Positions 42,319 through 55,742 of a stretch of DNA of 64,000 nucleotides are shown piece after piece (the stretch's first letter is position 1; each line of letters begins with the position of its first letter). The notes beneath the pieces were generated by a model, which did not search any database, was not told where the DNA came from, and saw nothing but the letters and a program-made list of their open reading frames with translations. The stretch is from Parasitella parasitica NRRL 2501 (lineage: Eukaryota > Fungi > Mucoromycota). A program made the position numbers and the translations under genes. The stretch is from the NCBI GenBank assembly GCA_025201805.1, contig MU619246.1, forward strand, positions 51,627 through 115,626, in the 5' to 3' direction.

Positions 42319-43518
42319 ATGAATGATTTCATGGAATATTGTCTTAAGCAGTTTTATCGTTCATCAGGCTGGAACGAAGAAAACCAATATTCCAATCTTT
42401 GCTCATGGTCTCATGCCATTCTCGACTTTCACACGCCCAAAGGGCTCTCGCTTGGTATGTCCAAACTGCCAACACCCCAATTCAAGCCCTCATATACCTT
42501 GAATGCTTTACCGACGCTAAATAGCAGTCTTGGATACTTGTATACATCTAGAAAACTGGACATTGGTACCAGTGCCACTGTGGATTTCCAAGATATGATT
42601 GATCGATTTAGAATTGTGATTAAATCACCAGCGTCCAAAGGCGATGATTACAAAGGTAATACGCATCAACCGATTTATCAGAGTCCATTTAATCATCGAC
42701 GGTAGTGAACCCTGATTACTTACTGTACGGGAGGATGTTCTTTCCTGGAGCTCGGTTGGAAGCAATGTACGTCCGACGTATTTCAGAACATGTTCAATAT
42801 TCTGCAACTGCTGTCAGCAATGCCCGTGCATATGTGTCTCCCCAACTTGCAATGCAATTACAGTACGATGTGGGCAAATGGTGCTCAGAGTGCTCTTATA
42901 CATCAGACGACGGCTTGTTGGGTTTGAGGGCGCTGTATAATTTTGGACAGCTAGCATCATCAGGACAGTGGTCCGTTGGCACTGAGTTCTATTACGGCGT
43001 GCTTGATAAGAGTGGTGGATGTAAGTGCACAGACAGATAAAACACACAGGTACAGAATTGACCAACAGCGCTGTATAGTGTCTACTGGCATCCGCTACCG
43101 TACATTGCCATCATCCTATGCACCGCCTATCAGCTTTACTTATACCTTGAATCCTATTGTCGGACACATGTCAACGAGTTACGTAGCCAAAGTTTCGGAT
43201 CAATTGGTCATGTGCTCACGATTTGATTTCAGCATCTATTCATACGAGAGTGATCTAGCTGTTGGATTCGAGTATCGCACCAAAAACCAGAAGCCCACTA
43301 TAGAGACTGAGGTAGATGACGGCATTGTAACCCTGACTGCAGATCGCACCGAGAAACTAGAGGGACTGATTAAAGCAAGATGGGGGTTTGCAAAAGGATT
43401 AGCGTTAATGTGGGAGGGAAGATTCAAGAATACGCTGTTTAGTCTGGGATTAACAGCAGATCTTCGAAGCACAAGCCCAATTCGTACTATTGGATTAGAA
43501 GTACAATATTTCTCGTAA
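42319..43518 (+). CDS. MDM10: Mitochondrial outer-membrane beta-barrel Mdm10 (ERMES/SAM), 3 exons
   Basis: MNDFMEYCLKQFYRSSGWNEENQYSNL, YLLYGRM, QYDVGKWCSE, LNPIVGH, SRFDFSIYSYESD, GLEVQYFS beta-signal. Confidence 0.93.
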
Positions 43519-43579
43519 ATAATGCTATTAAAAAAAAATCCCTCCCTCTTTTGTTTTATTTTAAATTTATACAAATATC

Positions 43580-45463
43580 CTAATGACCATGGCCATCGTC
43601 CTCAGGATTGCCTCTTTGCTCAGGAGCAACCTTGATAAAGTCGTCAATTCTTAAAATAGCAATAGCAGCTTCGGTAGCACTTTTTAGTGATTTGATCTTG
43701 GACATTGTAGGCTCCAAAATACCAGCCTTGACATTATCGCGGACAGTGCCATCGATCAATTCGAGACCGTACCATTTAAGTGCACGCTTGCGGTCATCAG
43801 CATCAGCATTGAGGGCGGTATTATGATAGGCACGAAGCTTTGCAACCAGCTCGGTGGAATCCTTAGCAGCATTGACAGCAAGTGTCTTGGGGATGACAAG
43901 CAAAGCATTGGCGAATTCAGCTATAGCAAGTTGTTCACGAGAACCCAAGCTAGTCGCAAAATTTTCAAGGTATATACTCAAAGCGGATTCAACAGCACCA
44001 CCACCGGGAACAACACTGTTGCTCTCTAATGTTCTCTTTACCACACAGAGGGCGTCATGAAGGGATCTCTCCATTTCATCCAACATGTAGTCATTAGCAC
44101 CACGCAAAATGACAGAGGCAGAGTTTTGAATCTTTGTACCCTTTACTAAAATACATTCGTCATCAGAGATACGCTCTTGGACCACTTCTTCCGCTTGACC
44201 AAGAGAGCTGGCCTCGAAGGTTTCTTCGCCCTCCAAATTGGCCAAAGAAGAAACCAAAGTAGCGCCGGTTGCCTTGGCAATACGCTTCAAGTCTTCCTTT
44301 TTACAACGACGAACAGCCATGGCGCCCGCCTCTACAAAGAGCTTGAGACATAAATCGTCAATGCCCTTTGTTGTTAAAATAACATTGGCGCCAGTATCCA
44401 AGATCTTTTGAATACGTTCAGTTGTAATCTCGATTTCTCTTTTGCGAATGTCTTCCAGCTTGTCGGGATCATCAACAACAATATTAACACCAAGGTGCAT
44501 ACGTGCCTTTTGTAAATTCATATCTAAGCATGCAATTTTGGCGTTCTTGATTTGTTTTTTCATGGCTTGAGATGCAACAGTGCAGTTCAAGGCATAGCCA
44601 CGAACAAATTGCGATTCGAGGCCAGATTTACCGTGAGCCTTGAGGATGTTGACAGCCTTGACGGGGTACTTGGTCTCGCCGCGTGTGTTGGTAGACTTGA
44701 CAGCCAAGATAGCCTCCACAGCAAGGTTAGCAAAGAACTTGGAGTCGCTAAAAAAAAACACATACACACACACACATTTTATTAGAGCCACTTGTTCTAC
44801 ACACACAAACACGAACTATCTGCAACTTACGATCCAATAATCTTTGAGCTCATGGAAGTCTTTGCAGCATTGATAAGGCATTCCTTGCCGAGAGTATCGA
44901 CTTTGATTGACATTTCGTTGGCAATGAAACGACAGGCTTCCTTGGAAGCTAAACGATAGCCGGTAATGATAGTCGTGGGGTGAATCTTGTTCTTGACGAG
45001 TTCGTTGGCACGCTTCAACAGCTCAGCAGCAATGATAACAACAGAAGTAGTGCCATCGCCGACTTCGCGATCCTGCTGCTGGGCAAGTTCAACCAAGACT
45101 TTGCCAGCAGGATGCTCGACTTCGAGCAATTGGAGAATAGTAGCACCGTCGTTCGTGATTGTAACATCCTACAAAACATGTTGGTTCCTGAATTTGAGAT
45201 TTTTTTTCCCGAGTACTATGCAAGGACTTACACCAATTTCGTCAACGAGCATTTTATCCAAACCCACAGGACCTAAAGAGCTCTTGACAATGTTGGCAAT
45301 AGAAGCAGCAGCAAGGACTGCACAAGCCCAGCGGTTTGATCTGTTAGATAGCAGCACAACAAGACGCGTCAAATGTCAACTTACTGTTGCTGGCACGGAC
45401 ATCTTGGCCAGTGGTGCGTTCACCTCCCAAGAAGAGCGAATTATTTTGGTCTCGTTGATACAT
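43580..45463 (-). CDS. TCP1: Chaperonin CCT/TRiC subunit alpha, 4 exons
   Basis: [46 protein letters not shown]. Confidence 0.96.
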
Positions 45464-46147
45464 GATGTGTTGGAAAACCTAAAGAAAGATGAACTGATGT
45501 GGCGAGAATACGAACTCCACCTTTTAAAAGAAAAGCTACTGGCTACCTTTCAAAATTTTCTCCCTCACTCTCGTCTAACACGTCGATTTCGGCAGCCTTA
45601 TTAATAGGGGGGCTGTCTATCTCATGGTGGCTTTTTTTTTGTGGAAGTTCAAGGAACAAACCCGAATAATGAAATCGCAAGCCTAGTCTCCCATGTTTCC
45701 TGGATCGTATAAAAGACTGCAGCTTATTTTTTTTGGGTGTCACTTTTCTCTCTTTTTGCTGAAATTGCACAATGCCGTTTGCCCATCGAAGACGGTAGCC
45801 ATTATTCATTTCAAGGCAGCAATGTTCCCTAGAGCATATATGGCAGATCAGTGTACTTTGACCGACTTTTATTGCGCTTGAAGAGTCCTGATTCAGTCAT
45901 AGCTTAAAATTACAGCAGCCGCGTGTTGATCGTGGATCAGTATTAAATTTGCGCATCACAAAGCTTTCTTAATCGAGGTTGCGTATCAACAATGAGAGCC
46001 ATAATTGCTGCAGGAACAATTTTCACTTGGATCTACCGTTATCCAAATTGACATGTCATTTCAAGTTGGTTTTTATTGTGTTGAAAGGATGTAAAGTTTA
46101 AAAATACAGAATTAACAAAGTAGAGTACGTGGATTCGTTGTGATAGA

Positions 46148-47309
46148 TTACGACGACGGCTCCAGTGCATCATCTTCTGCGCCCACGGGAGAAGGATTCT
46201 ATATAAAACCAGTGTATTAGTCTTTCTGCCATAACCAAGAGAAAAAGAAAAAAAAAAAAAAGTAGGCTTACAATAATACTACCAAGCATTTGAGCCTTCA
46301 ATTCATCTGAATAGAAGAAATCGTTAATCTAGTTGCAGCGCGCACTCTATCACAGAGCCGACGTACCAAATTTAGCATCACTCAATGGCGAAAAGCGAAT
46401 TGGATTATTGATATCTTCGGGATGGTCGTATAAGAAGGATTCTGTTACTGAAAGTTGCGCACTTTGATAAGCCAGCTTGGCAAAAATAGCAATGTCATGA
46501 CGGTATCTGTTTTGTATTGCAAAAGTCAATCAATCTCTCGGACTATAGACATCACGCTTTATACATACAATCTGTAGGCATCCTTGTCGTAGCAGTATTT
46601 ATCATTCAATCCGTCGAGCACAACCTTTTTAAACATGTTTTTTAGATAGTGAAGCACATGAAAAGTATAGTCCTGGTAGGGCCTCCACACGGGAAATTGC
46701 TGGGATATACAGACATTGCCTTTGTTGTCTACGAGTGGGTGAAAAAGATCTGTTAAAAATGTGATTGATGGAGGCTGATTCGGATAGTTTTCTGGTAGAG
46801 TTAATCGAAATTTAAACGTCCCTGATTTGTAGAATCCCTTATGTACAAACAAGGCGCCATACCATACTAAACAAGCAAAATATTAGATCTTAATCATGCG
46901 GATCCTACTGTATATTACCATGCAAATTTGACGTGGAGGGCATTACATAGACACCCAAAGGGCAATGACTGGGATTTCGTAAATTGATGCTATGATTAAA
47001 AGAGAATCTTTGATGAGCAATTTGCTGACATTGGTACCTGATTAATAATTACAGCTCTGTCATGATTTCGTATTGCCGAAAATATTCTGATGGAAGTCCA
47101 GGTGTTTTAGAAGCGGGCTCGTCTGTACCGTCTTTGTCTTGATCGTATATTGAATGAGGAAACTGGCTAGGTGATTGCTCTTGCGGTTGCAGTGATTTTC
47201 TCCCAATACGCTCCAATGCAGCGCTTTTAGTTCTGTCAAACAAGGATCGTCTCGAGCTTGGATTCAGAGCTGCATTCGGTAGGCTGCTACTTCTTTTAAA
47301 GGCATCCAT
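46148..47309 (-). CDS. UBC-like (UEV) protein, AKTIP/FTS/crossbronx family, multi-exon
   Basis: CPLGVYVMP, WYGALFVHKGFYKSGTFKF..LPENYP..PP..FHPLVD. Confidence 0.8.
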
Positions 47310-48274
47310 AGCAAGAGAAAAAAAGCTTTGTCGCAAGTATAAGAATGAAATTGTGGTTAATTAAGTTGAGAATCTCTCAACGTTACATCGTGTCGTCGTC
47401 ACTTTTTTCTATTTTTTATTTTTTATTTATGTAGACGTTAAAAAGTGATTTTTGCTAGTTGCATGTGGAATAATCGTTCAGTTGATAACATCTCCCTATC
47501 ACATTTAAGAATTTTTATAGGCTTCCCAATGGGATCACCATCGAAAATGAGAAGCCTCGTCTACCTCCCCCCCCCCTCTCTCTCCCAATTGCCCACTGTG
47601 GCTGAAAAAAACAAAGCAACAAGCCTTGGCCTTTTCGAAGAAACAGAACCCAAACAGCCAAGAAATGAACCAAGCAAATGTGGGATTGTACTTCCGATTT
47701 AACTATTTATAACTTGAAAGATACTTACTAATTGCAAGCTAGACGGGTACGGTTTTGTACTCTTTCTTGGCTCAAGCACAGCAAAACAAAGCACGTATGC
47801 ATTTTGTATTTGTCTGAGGAGTAAAAACAAATGTGCATTATTGAATCTATTTGTAAAATAACGTTATCAAAATGGGTTCGAGTAAACGTGATACAAATAT
47901 AATGGTTAATTAGAGTGATATCTTGTATTTAAAGGTTTCTCTTAACACGTTAGCCCTCAACCTAATCCATATCTTGCCCATTTGCGTTTCACAACTAGTT
48001 GCTTGGCTATAGTTTTATCGAGGCATTTGTTGCATACACATTTGCTGATTTTCCCGTTAATAAATAGACTTCAAAGTCAGCATTTGATAGTCTATAACGC
48101 AGTGTGTGTGCCTGGCATTTGTGGAACTACTACATCATCTATTATTACGAAAATGGATTAAACGGGCTCCTTGAAAGAGACAAAGCTCGCTCTCCCTCTT
48201 TCTCTCTTCCTTTCCCTCTTTTTCTTTTCACTTTTCTATATTTTCATTATTTTGTTTATTTTTTTTGAAAAAAA

Positions 48275-50539
48275 ATGTCGATTGATACACCTCCTTTTGA
48301 TCCTTCTGACTATTCTTATGTGATTGGCATAGGTGAGTATGCCTCGATTAACAGCGCTGTAGATTGCTGATTTTCGTCTATAGATTTTGGTACTACTTTC
48401 TCTGGCTGTTGCTATGCGTTTTCGAAAGACGGAAATGACGAAATCATTGATATTACAAAATGGTACATACAGTAAAGTATTTGTAGCGTGATGGCACAAC
48501 TAATATCTATGAAATCCAGGCCAAAGCAGCAGAACGTATATCCCAAAACACCTACGCTTTCATTATATAGAAATGGCTCAACCAAGTTGGTTGCTTGGGG
48601 TCAAGACGCTAAAAAGACGGCAATGAAGCGTAACAACAACGATCAACTGCTGGCACGTTTCAAGTTACAGCTGGACGAAAACTTGAACCTAGCTCCATTG
48701 CCAAACGGCTTAACAGCTCTAGAGGCTATCACTGATTATCTCGAAGCATTTCACTCACATGTATGCAAGGATCTTCAGCGCGGATTTGCAAACAACTATG
48801 ATCAAAGTAAATTTCGTTACTGTTTAACAGTGCCTGCCATGTGGAGTGATCAAGCAAAAGCGACAATGAGAGAGGCCGCCATCAGAGCCAACATTATCAA
48901 TCGATGGGATCACCCAAACAGACTCATGTTAATCAGTGAGCCTGAAGCGGCTGCTCTTTACTGTGAAAAGAAATGCGACCAATTCAACCTGGGACATGGT
49001 CAGCGATTTTTGATTTGTGATGCTGGTGGTGGAACTGTAGATCTTATTGTGTTTGAAATTGATGACTCTGGTGAGAGGAGAGCCTTGAAAGAGGTGACGA
49101 AAGGTTTAGGTGACTCTTGCGGTTCTACATTTCTCGATATCCGTATGAGAGAGTATTTGAAGGACAGATTCTACCATCATGGCAAGGTCAGCGATACCGC
49201 CATGGAATCTATGATGGAGACATTCATTGATACCATCAAGGTAAGAAATGGAGAGAGAGGAGGAACCGCAAAATATTCCCCTTTTTGCGTGCTGGTTATT
49301 GTACTCCCCATTCTAATCCCCTATCCCTTGTTATAATAGCCTGAATTCGACGGAGATGAGGATCAGTATCTTGCCTTACCTGCAGCTTTAGGCATCGAAG
49401 GTGTTGATGACCCAGACGCTGGCATTGAAGATGGAACCCTCCATATTCCCTGCCATGAGCTTCGTCAGAGAGTGTTTGAGCCTGTCATCAACCAAGTCAT
49501 TGATCTGATTGAGCAGCAAGTGCAGCAATCCAGGACAAAGCTAGATGCCGTGTTCTTGGTTGGCGGTTTCGGTCAATCGACTTACCTTTACCGACGAGTG
49601 CTGGCCGAATTCCAATCTCGAGTAGGTTTTATTGGCGTCCCACCTCGTGGTGAGCTGGCTGTTGTCCGTGGTGCTGTTTACTTTGGTTTGAACCCTCATA
49701 TGGTGACAGAACGTGTATCCAGACGTACATATGGGCTTGAAACTAGAATGGTCTTTGATCCTCGTAACGATCCTCCCGAGCAGTGCATCAAGGGTGATGA
49801 TGATCGCCTGTTCTGTAAGCAGCGTTTCAGTGTTTATGTGCAGAAAGGCCAAACTATCAATGTGGATGATTGCGTGTCAAAGAACTTTATGATCGCCTAT
49901 CCAAACGACACAGACACAGGTTAGTACAATGAATAGGGACAAAATCATTGTTAAATAGGGTTTGAGAATGGATCATTAACTTACCCCTTTTTTTTAGATT
50001 TATTTGCTTATGATGGTGATGGCCCCATTCCTCGTTTGACAACACATGCTAATGTCTTCAAAGTCGCTCGTTTCCCTATCAAAATGCCTAAATTCAATGA
50101 CGTTAAAAATGGCCAGCCTATTTTCATGACAATCAAAATGTATTTTGGTCAAACAGAAATCAAGATTGAGGCTCACATCCGTGATCGTAAATTCACCTTT
50201 ACATCTGCATTCGAGACAATGGAAAGAGAAATGATGCAATCTCTGAACTCGCAAACAAATCTGCTCTCGATCAAACCTGATGAAAACAACAACAATGAAA
50301 GCGCATTCTCTAATAATGGCAGCCTCTACGGTTTCTCAGGCAATGCTTCAGGCTCTAATATCGGCTCTTCACGTCCTCCATCTATTCCTCCTCGAGATAA
50401 TGGATATCCTTCACCAATGTCAAATGCTCGTAGTATTAGGGATGAAGATGGCACATTCTACGATGGCGACTCGAGACACTCTTCTACAATGAATAGCTCT
50501 AGAAAGATATTTGGCATCAAGTTTGGCAAAAAACGATAA
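48275..50539 (+). CDS. Hsp70-like actin-fold ATPase (HSPA12-like fungal family), 5 exons
   Basis: VIGIDFGTTFSG, CLTVPAMW, SEPEAAA, CDAGGGTVD, CGSTFLD, LVGGFGQS. Confidence 0.9.
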
Positions 50540-51860
50540 ATCATTTTTTTCAATTACCTTATAATAATATTAATAATAACCTTTTTTTAATTAATAAAAA
50601 AAAATCATACATCTCATTCCCATAAATACATAAGCAACTAGATCTTTTAGCAAGTTCATCCATTGCGAATATAGTCAAGTATTGACTGTGCCTGAAAAAA
50701 GAAAGTAACACGATCTTGAGAAATGTGAAATAATTCACTCCGTTTAGACTTGACTTGCTGTACAATGTTTTCACTCTCAATTTACCGAGATTATAGGATG
50801 TTTGAAGTTCATTGACCAATTTCTGGTCAAATCAACAACAAATATTCTTTAAGCATTCAGGAAAGCAGTTGATAGAATACTGAATGAAGCTCTGCAAATT
50901 CTCAACAGTGATTAGAATACAGTAATAATATACAGGAAGAACTAGATGTATTTTATTGCACCGTTCAATTTTTTTTTGTTCAAAAAAGGCAAAGACTAAA
51001 CTCTGGCTAATTGAATACAAGTATTTATAGCTGTTGACAGTGCGGATATAAGGGATAGTAGATTTAGTATTGTGTAGGTTGTCAATATTTTCAAGAACCA
51101 GTTGTATAAACGATTGATACATTTGAACAGAAAGAGTATTATTGACGATCTCAAAAAAAAAAAAAGTAATTAATACATGAGATTTCCAAGACAAGTGATA
51201 AACAAGGAAAAGATGCATGGAGCCAAAACTGCAGCATTATTTAATTTGGTAGACCAAGAAAAATCGCTGGAGGATGAAATCCAATACATGTTGGATGTGT
51301 CATTAAAAGGCCTATTAACAGAAAAAAACTCAAGCGATAAACAAACGCGTTGCCTTTATTAGCTATTGCTGATGTGCCATTAAATATTGTAGATAGATTG
51401 ATTACTCAGGTAAGAGGTACGACGAAATCATACCACCAAGTGTAAAATTACGGATATCTTTTCTTTTATACACTTTAACTCGGTCGTAACTTTTTAAAAC
51501 AAGTTGTAAAAAATCGCGTGTCGAATTTACTTTAGGAAAGGGTCTATAAACAATTTTCTTTGACATTTTGAAGTCTCATTGCAATGAAAACTGTTGGATA
51601 TAAACGTCAGAAACATTTAAATACGGAAAGAATAGAAGAAGAAAAAGGGGGCAGAGTCATAATAACATCGATATTACTACTTAAAGACATAGAAACCCTT
51701 CAATCCCTTTTTCTCTTTCCATCTTTTGACAAGCTCGCACAAGCAACGACAAAGATATACATCGGAAAGAAAAACCACAACATTTAAAAACATGGGTGGG
51801 AAGGCTGCTGTCGTCTTCCCTGCACTCTGTGTATCTTTATTATACAAATCCGCTTATCAA

Positions 51861-52424
51861 TTAAGCAGATTCCAAGACATTACGTTCAGAAACGTAAATA
51901 CCATCCAAGAACTTACGGATATCCTTATTCTTGACGAGACAAGATTGTTGGATGTCAGCTGCAGATTGAGAGACGTTTTCCAAAGAGTTACCAGTCAAGG
52001 TAAGCTCGTCCTTTTGGCCAGTGGAGGCAGAGACAGAGACACCTTCACGCATGTTGACATGGAAGACAACCTTTTGACCCAAGAAGTTACGGATCTCGAC
52101 AGCATCGTTATTGCCGTTGATAATGACGTTGATAGGGAAATGTGCGTAGACATAACGCATCTTGTACTCGAAACCCTTAGTGACGCCGATAATCATGTTG
52201 TTGACCAAAGAACGAACAGTACGGATACAAGCAACGTGCTTACGGAGACCGTGATGAACGACAAACTTGATCTTTTGGCCTACAATGGTGATCTCAATGT
52301 TCAAATGACGCAGGTTCTTGGCAAGTTCACCACGAGGACCTTTGACGACAACTTGACGAGACTTGACGGTAACGGTAACACCTTCAGGGATGGCGAGTTC
52401 GTCTTGCTTGTAAATGTCTTTCAT
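51861..52424 (-). CDS. RPL9: 60S ribosomal protein uL6 (L9); CDS intronless, 62-nt 5'UTR intron 52427-52488
   Basis: [39 protein letters not shown]. Confidence 0.97.
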   Translation of the reverse strand: MKDIYKQDELAIPEGVTVTVKSRQVVVKGPRGELAKNLRHLNIEITIVGQKIKFVVHHGLRKHVACIRTVRSLVNNMIIGVTKGFEYKMRYVYAHFPINVIINGNNDAVEIRNFLGQKVVFHVNMREGVSVSASTGQKDELTLTGNSLENVSQSAADIQQSCLVKNKDIRKFLDGIYVSERNVLESA

Positions 52425-53986
52425 GTCTAGTATGGAAGATGGATTAATTTTCCTGTCTTTGTTTGATGGATGGATTCATCAATCTTACCAAATGGATATA
52501 CAAAGTAAGTTGCAGCTGGAAGGAAGGAAACCAAGGTTGGTACGCATGGGCGATCCATTAAATTCATTAGGAAACAAGTCGTTGCCTCACGGTCACTTTC
52601 GGCACCTATCCGGTTCGAACGGTAAAAATTATCTTCCAACAGCCAGGCTTATGGAAAACTTTGTTTCTGCTGGAACTACCTCACATCATCCATGAATCTG
52701 CTTTCTACCATTTGGGTCACATATGGTGTTTACAACGTACAAGCTTTGAGCTGATGCACATTGTTCTAAGCAATAATTGGCGATTAAAATTAGAGATTAG
52801 GCGATCTGAATGTATGCTGGCATAAAATTCTGGAAAATGGGACTCCCTTACAAATTAATCCACTATGCTTTGTCTTTTACCATATTGAGTCAGTACACAT
52901 TACTCTAAGCAAGCGCTGCGGTTTGTGGAGGTTTCACAATCTGAACGTATTAAACCAGTGTAATACATATTCAACAGTTTTCATTTCATGTCCTTTTCTC
53001 AGTATCAATTCTTCCAAAGCGTATTTGACGACTAGGAAAAAAGTCATGCTATATAAAAAGTACTTCATCAAGTGCCTGTTCCTTTGAAGGGTTTCGCTTT
53101 ATTAAGATACCAAATTCAGGTTAAATTTCTATCTAAATGAAACTGGGCTATAATTAAAAATGGGATCCAAGACCTGAGAGTATTTGGCTTCCTTTTTACT
53201 GAATAATAAAAGACACTACGTTCTCCGTGATTCAATTCATTATAGTATCTTAATTCATAATTTTACAAATTACTCTCACAATTTAAAAAATATAAACATG
53301 CCACAATATAAAGGGATGAATAAGAATTACGAGCTCATCTATTTACATGTGCACTGGAAAAGTGGGGAGTCTCTCATCTGAACTCTTAAATCCTCACTTT
53401 GATTTACCCACCAACAATGGTTCTGAAGCTTTAGCCACCACTGCTCCCAAACGCCTTGGACAAGATTGAAAAACACAAGCAATCAGTAAAAACCGACTGC
53501 CATCTTTTGACGTCGCCCAGTGGAAATGAAGTAATGTTCAGATACCCCTGGATCATGCCTGTTTCAATGAAGCTTTTTGCTGTGTATCAAAACGTATATG
53601 CATTTTTTATGTAATTTTATATGAAAAAAAGAGACCTTGTCCTCTTTGAGATGTTTAGTATAAAATACAATCGATCAAAACAAATTGAGAGAAAGTCTAG
53701 ATGTGATGATTGTAATCGGACATTACATAATAAGCGGCAAGCGAGCTGTTCATCAAGAATCCTACTATTTTTCCTAGGTTATATAGATACATATAAATGA
53801 ATAAATTTATCGTGAAACTACTGCACTGTATCCTACAGGAATGTTCAAGTGGAAGTAATTCAACCCATATCTGCGACATACTTGATTAATGATCTGTGAC
53901 CGCCCGGGGAGGGGGTACCAAAAACGTAGCTCTTTGGAGCAAACTTTTATTGTTTGCATATTTGCAACTTTCAAACGAAATCATAA

Positions 53987-55354
53987 ATGCCTCTTAGTAA
54001 ATTAAAACGGACAATTGTGCAAGAATTTCTAAAAGAGAAGCAAATTGAAAGTGATAAATGGCATTGTTGCGACACCGCATTCACATCCATCACTGACATC
54101 GGATATCATGTCAACCAATCTCATCGATCCGAAATTGATGCGAGAGAGATACAAAGAATAGAAGAAAAGCAAGAAAAACAGAGAAATCTTTGTCTATTGA
54201 AACAGAGGAGAGGCAAAAAGGTTTGTGTTTTCTCCATGTTACATATTGAACTGTTACTAATCGATAATATCAAGGGCTCCTCTGACCCTATAGCTACAGA
54301 ATGCCAGTGTCAACCTGAAAATTCCAAAGTGATATTATTTTATAAATATACATTGGTGAAGGATCCTGTCAAGTTTGCTTTAGATCATCAGCACTACTGC
54401 GCCAATATGACAGGCAAAATACGCATTGCTAGCGAAGGAATCAATGCAACATTGGCAGGTTCCAATCAAGATATTGATCGGTACCTAGACTGGCTTACAT
54501 TAAGCCAACCCTTCAATAATGCCGAAGATAGCCTGAAACACTCAGAAAGCCTTCGACTAGACAACACTTCCACTGTGCGCTACAAGTTTTTCAAACCATC
54601 ACAAGGATGCAGCCATGTGTTTTCGGAACTGTCTATCAAACTTGTCGATGAAATTTGCCCATTAGGTCAAACCACCGTCGTTTTAGAAAAGCTACAAAAA
54701 CCAGACCATGACCATGGAAAATTAAGCCCAAGCGACTTCCATAACATTCTCGCAAAACGGCATCAGGATGATTACATACTTTTGGACACTAGGAACTATT
54801 ATGAGAGTAAAATTGGGCATTTTGAAGGCGCTATTCAACCTCCCATTCGCAAATTCAGTCAGTTTCCCAGCTATGTGGAACGCAATAAAGATAGTTTGAG
54901 AGGGAAAACGATTTTGACGTATTGCACTGGTGGTATCCGCTGTGAAAAGGCAACTGCATTCATGCGTCAAGCGCTACCAGATGAAGACATATTCATGCTT
55001 GACGGTGGCATACACAATTATTTGGAATGGTGGAAAAGTAAAGGAGACGAAAAAGGCCAAGAGGACAATCCTATATGGCAAGGAAAAAACTATGTATTTG
55101 ATGCAAGGCAAGCATTGGCTCTCGATGATAAAAGCGTTGTTAGCCAATGTCAAAGGTGTAATCAACTTTGGGATAAATACAAGAAATGCGCATCTACGGG
55201 TTGCCATCTGTTGATTTTATACTGTGATGCGTGCTGTGCATCAAATCAGCCAGTTTTCTGCTGCACTGATTGTCAAAGTGGTCAGCAAAATGGACTTTGT
55301 GCCTGTGAGAAAGAACGTAGATCGCGGGAGCTGGAACAATTGCAAGTGTCATAG
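53987..55354 (+). CDS. Rhodanese-domain protein, TSTD2/TrhO (UPF0176) family; probable in-frame intron ~54221-54274
   Basis: LFYKY, GKIRIASEGINATL, LDTRNYYESKIGHF, YCTGGIRCEKA, LDGGIHNY, GKNYVFDAR, Cys-rich tail. Confidence 0.9.
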   Translation: MPLSKLKRTIVQEFLKEKQIESDKWHCCDTAFTSITDIGYHVNQSHRSEIDAREIQRIEEKQEKQRNLCLLKQRRGKKVCVFSMLHIELLLIDNIKGSSDPIATECQCQPENSKVILFYKYTLVKDPVKFALDHQHYCANMTGKIRIASEGINATLAGSNQDIDRYLDWLTLSQPFNNAEDSLKHSESLRLDNTSTVRYKFFKPSQGCSHVFSELSIKLVDEICPLGQTTVVLEKLQKPDHDHGKLSPSDFHNILAKRHQDDYILLDTRNYYESKIGHFEGAIQPPIRKFSQFPSYVERNKDSLRGKTILTYCTGGIRCEKATAFMRQALPDEDIFMLDGGIHNYLEWWKSKGDEKGQEDNPIWQGKNYVFDARQALALDDKSVVSQCQRCNQLWDKYKKCASTGCHLLILYCDACCASNQPVFCCTDCQSGQQNGLCACEKERRSRELEQLQVS

Positions 55355-55742
55355 TTGTCATGTAGAATATATATTTTTGAACTGGCAAAATTTCATTGAT
55401 TTCAAACAAACAAACAAAAAACACAATTACGATATAATTAATGCCCTGCCTTTTCGCTATGATATATGTAATGTCTATTATGCCTTAAGCCATTTTTTTT
55501 TTCCAGCACAATAGTTGAAGGATATCCTGTACTTGACGCTATCACTAATGGAATTAGTAGAAATTAAAAAAAGAAATATATATTTATAATAGACAAGATA
55601 ATAATAATCTTCAACGTTTAAATAAGGAAATTTTCTAGTAAGTTACATGGTTGTTGTTGTTGTTGTTGTTGCATAAGATAGTTGTTGTGTACTTGAACAC
55701 AATAAAGAAAAGATATGTATGTAAAAAAAGAAAGAAAGGGTC

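Noticed and set aside
45913-45923. CAGCAGCCGCG identical to a conserved SSU rRNA segment
   Set aside because: Only 11 nt, same sense, with no flanking rRNA similarity.
51726-52430. 234-aa antisense ORF over RPL9 (similar ones over RPL10, RPC2, TCP1)
   Set aside because: Expected shadow ORFs from strong codon bias; no domain signal.
52590-52625. GGTTCGAA (tRNA B-box-like) and possible Homol-D-like motifs upstream of ribosomal protein genes
   Set aside because: No cloverleaf or A-box; motifs are short and inconsistent among RPL9, RPL10 and RPL38.
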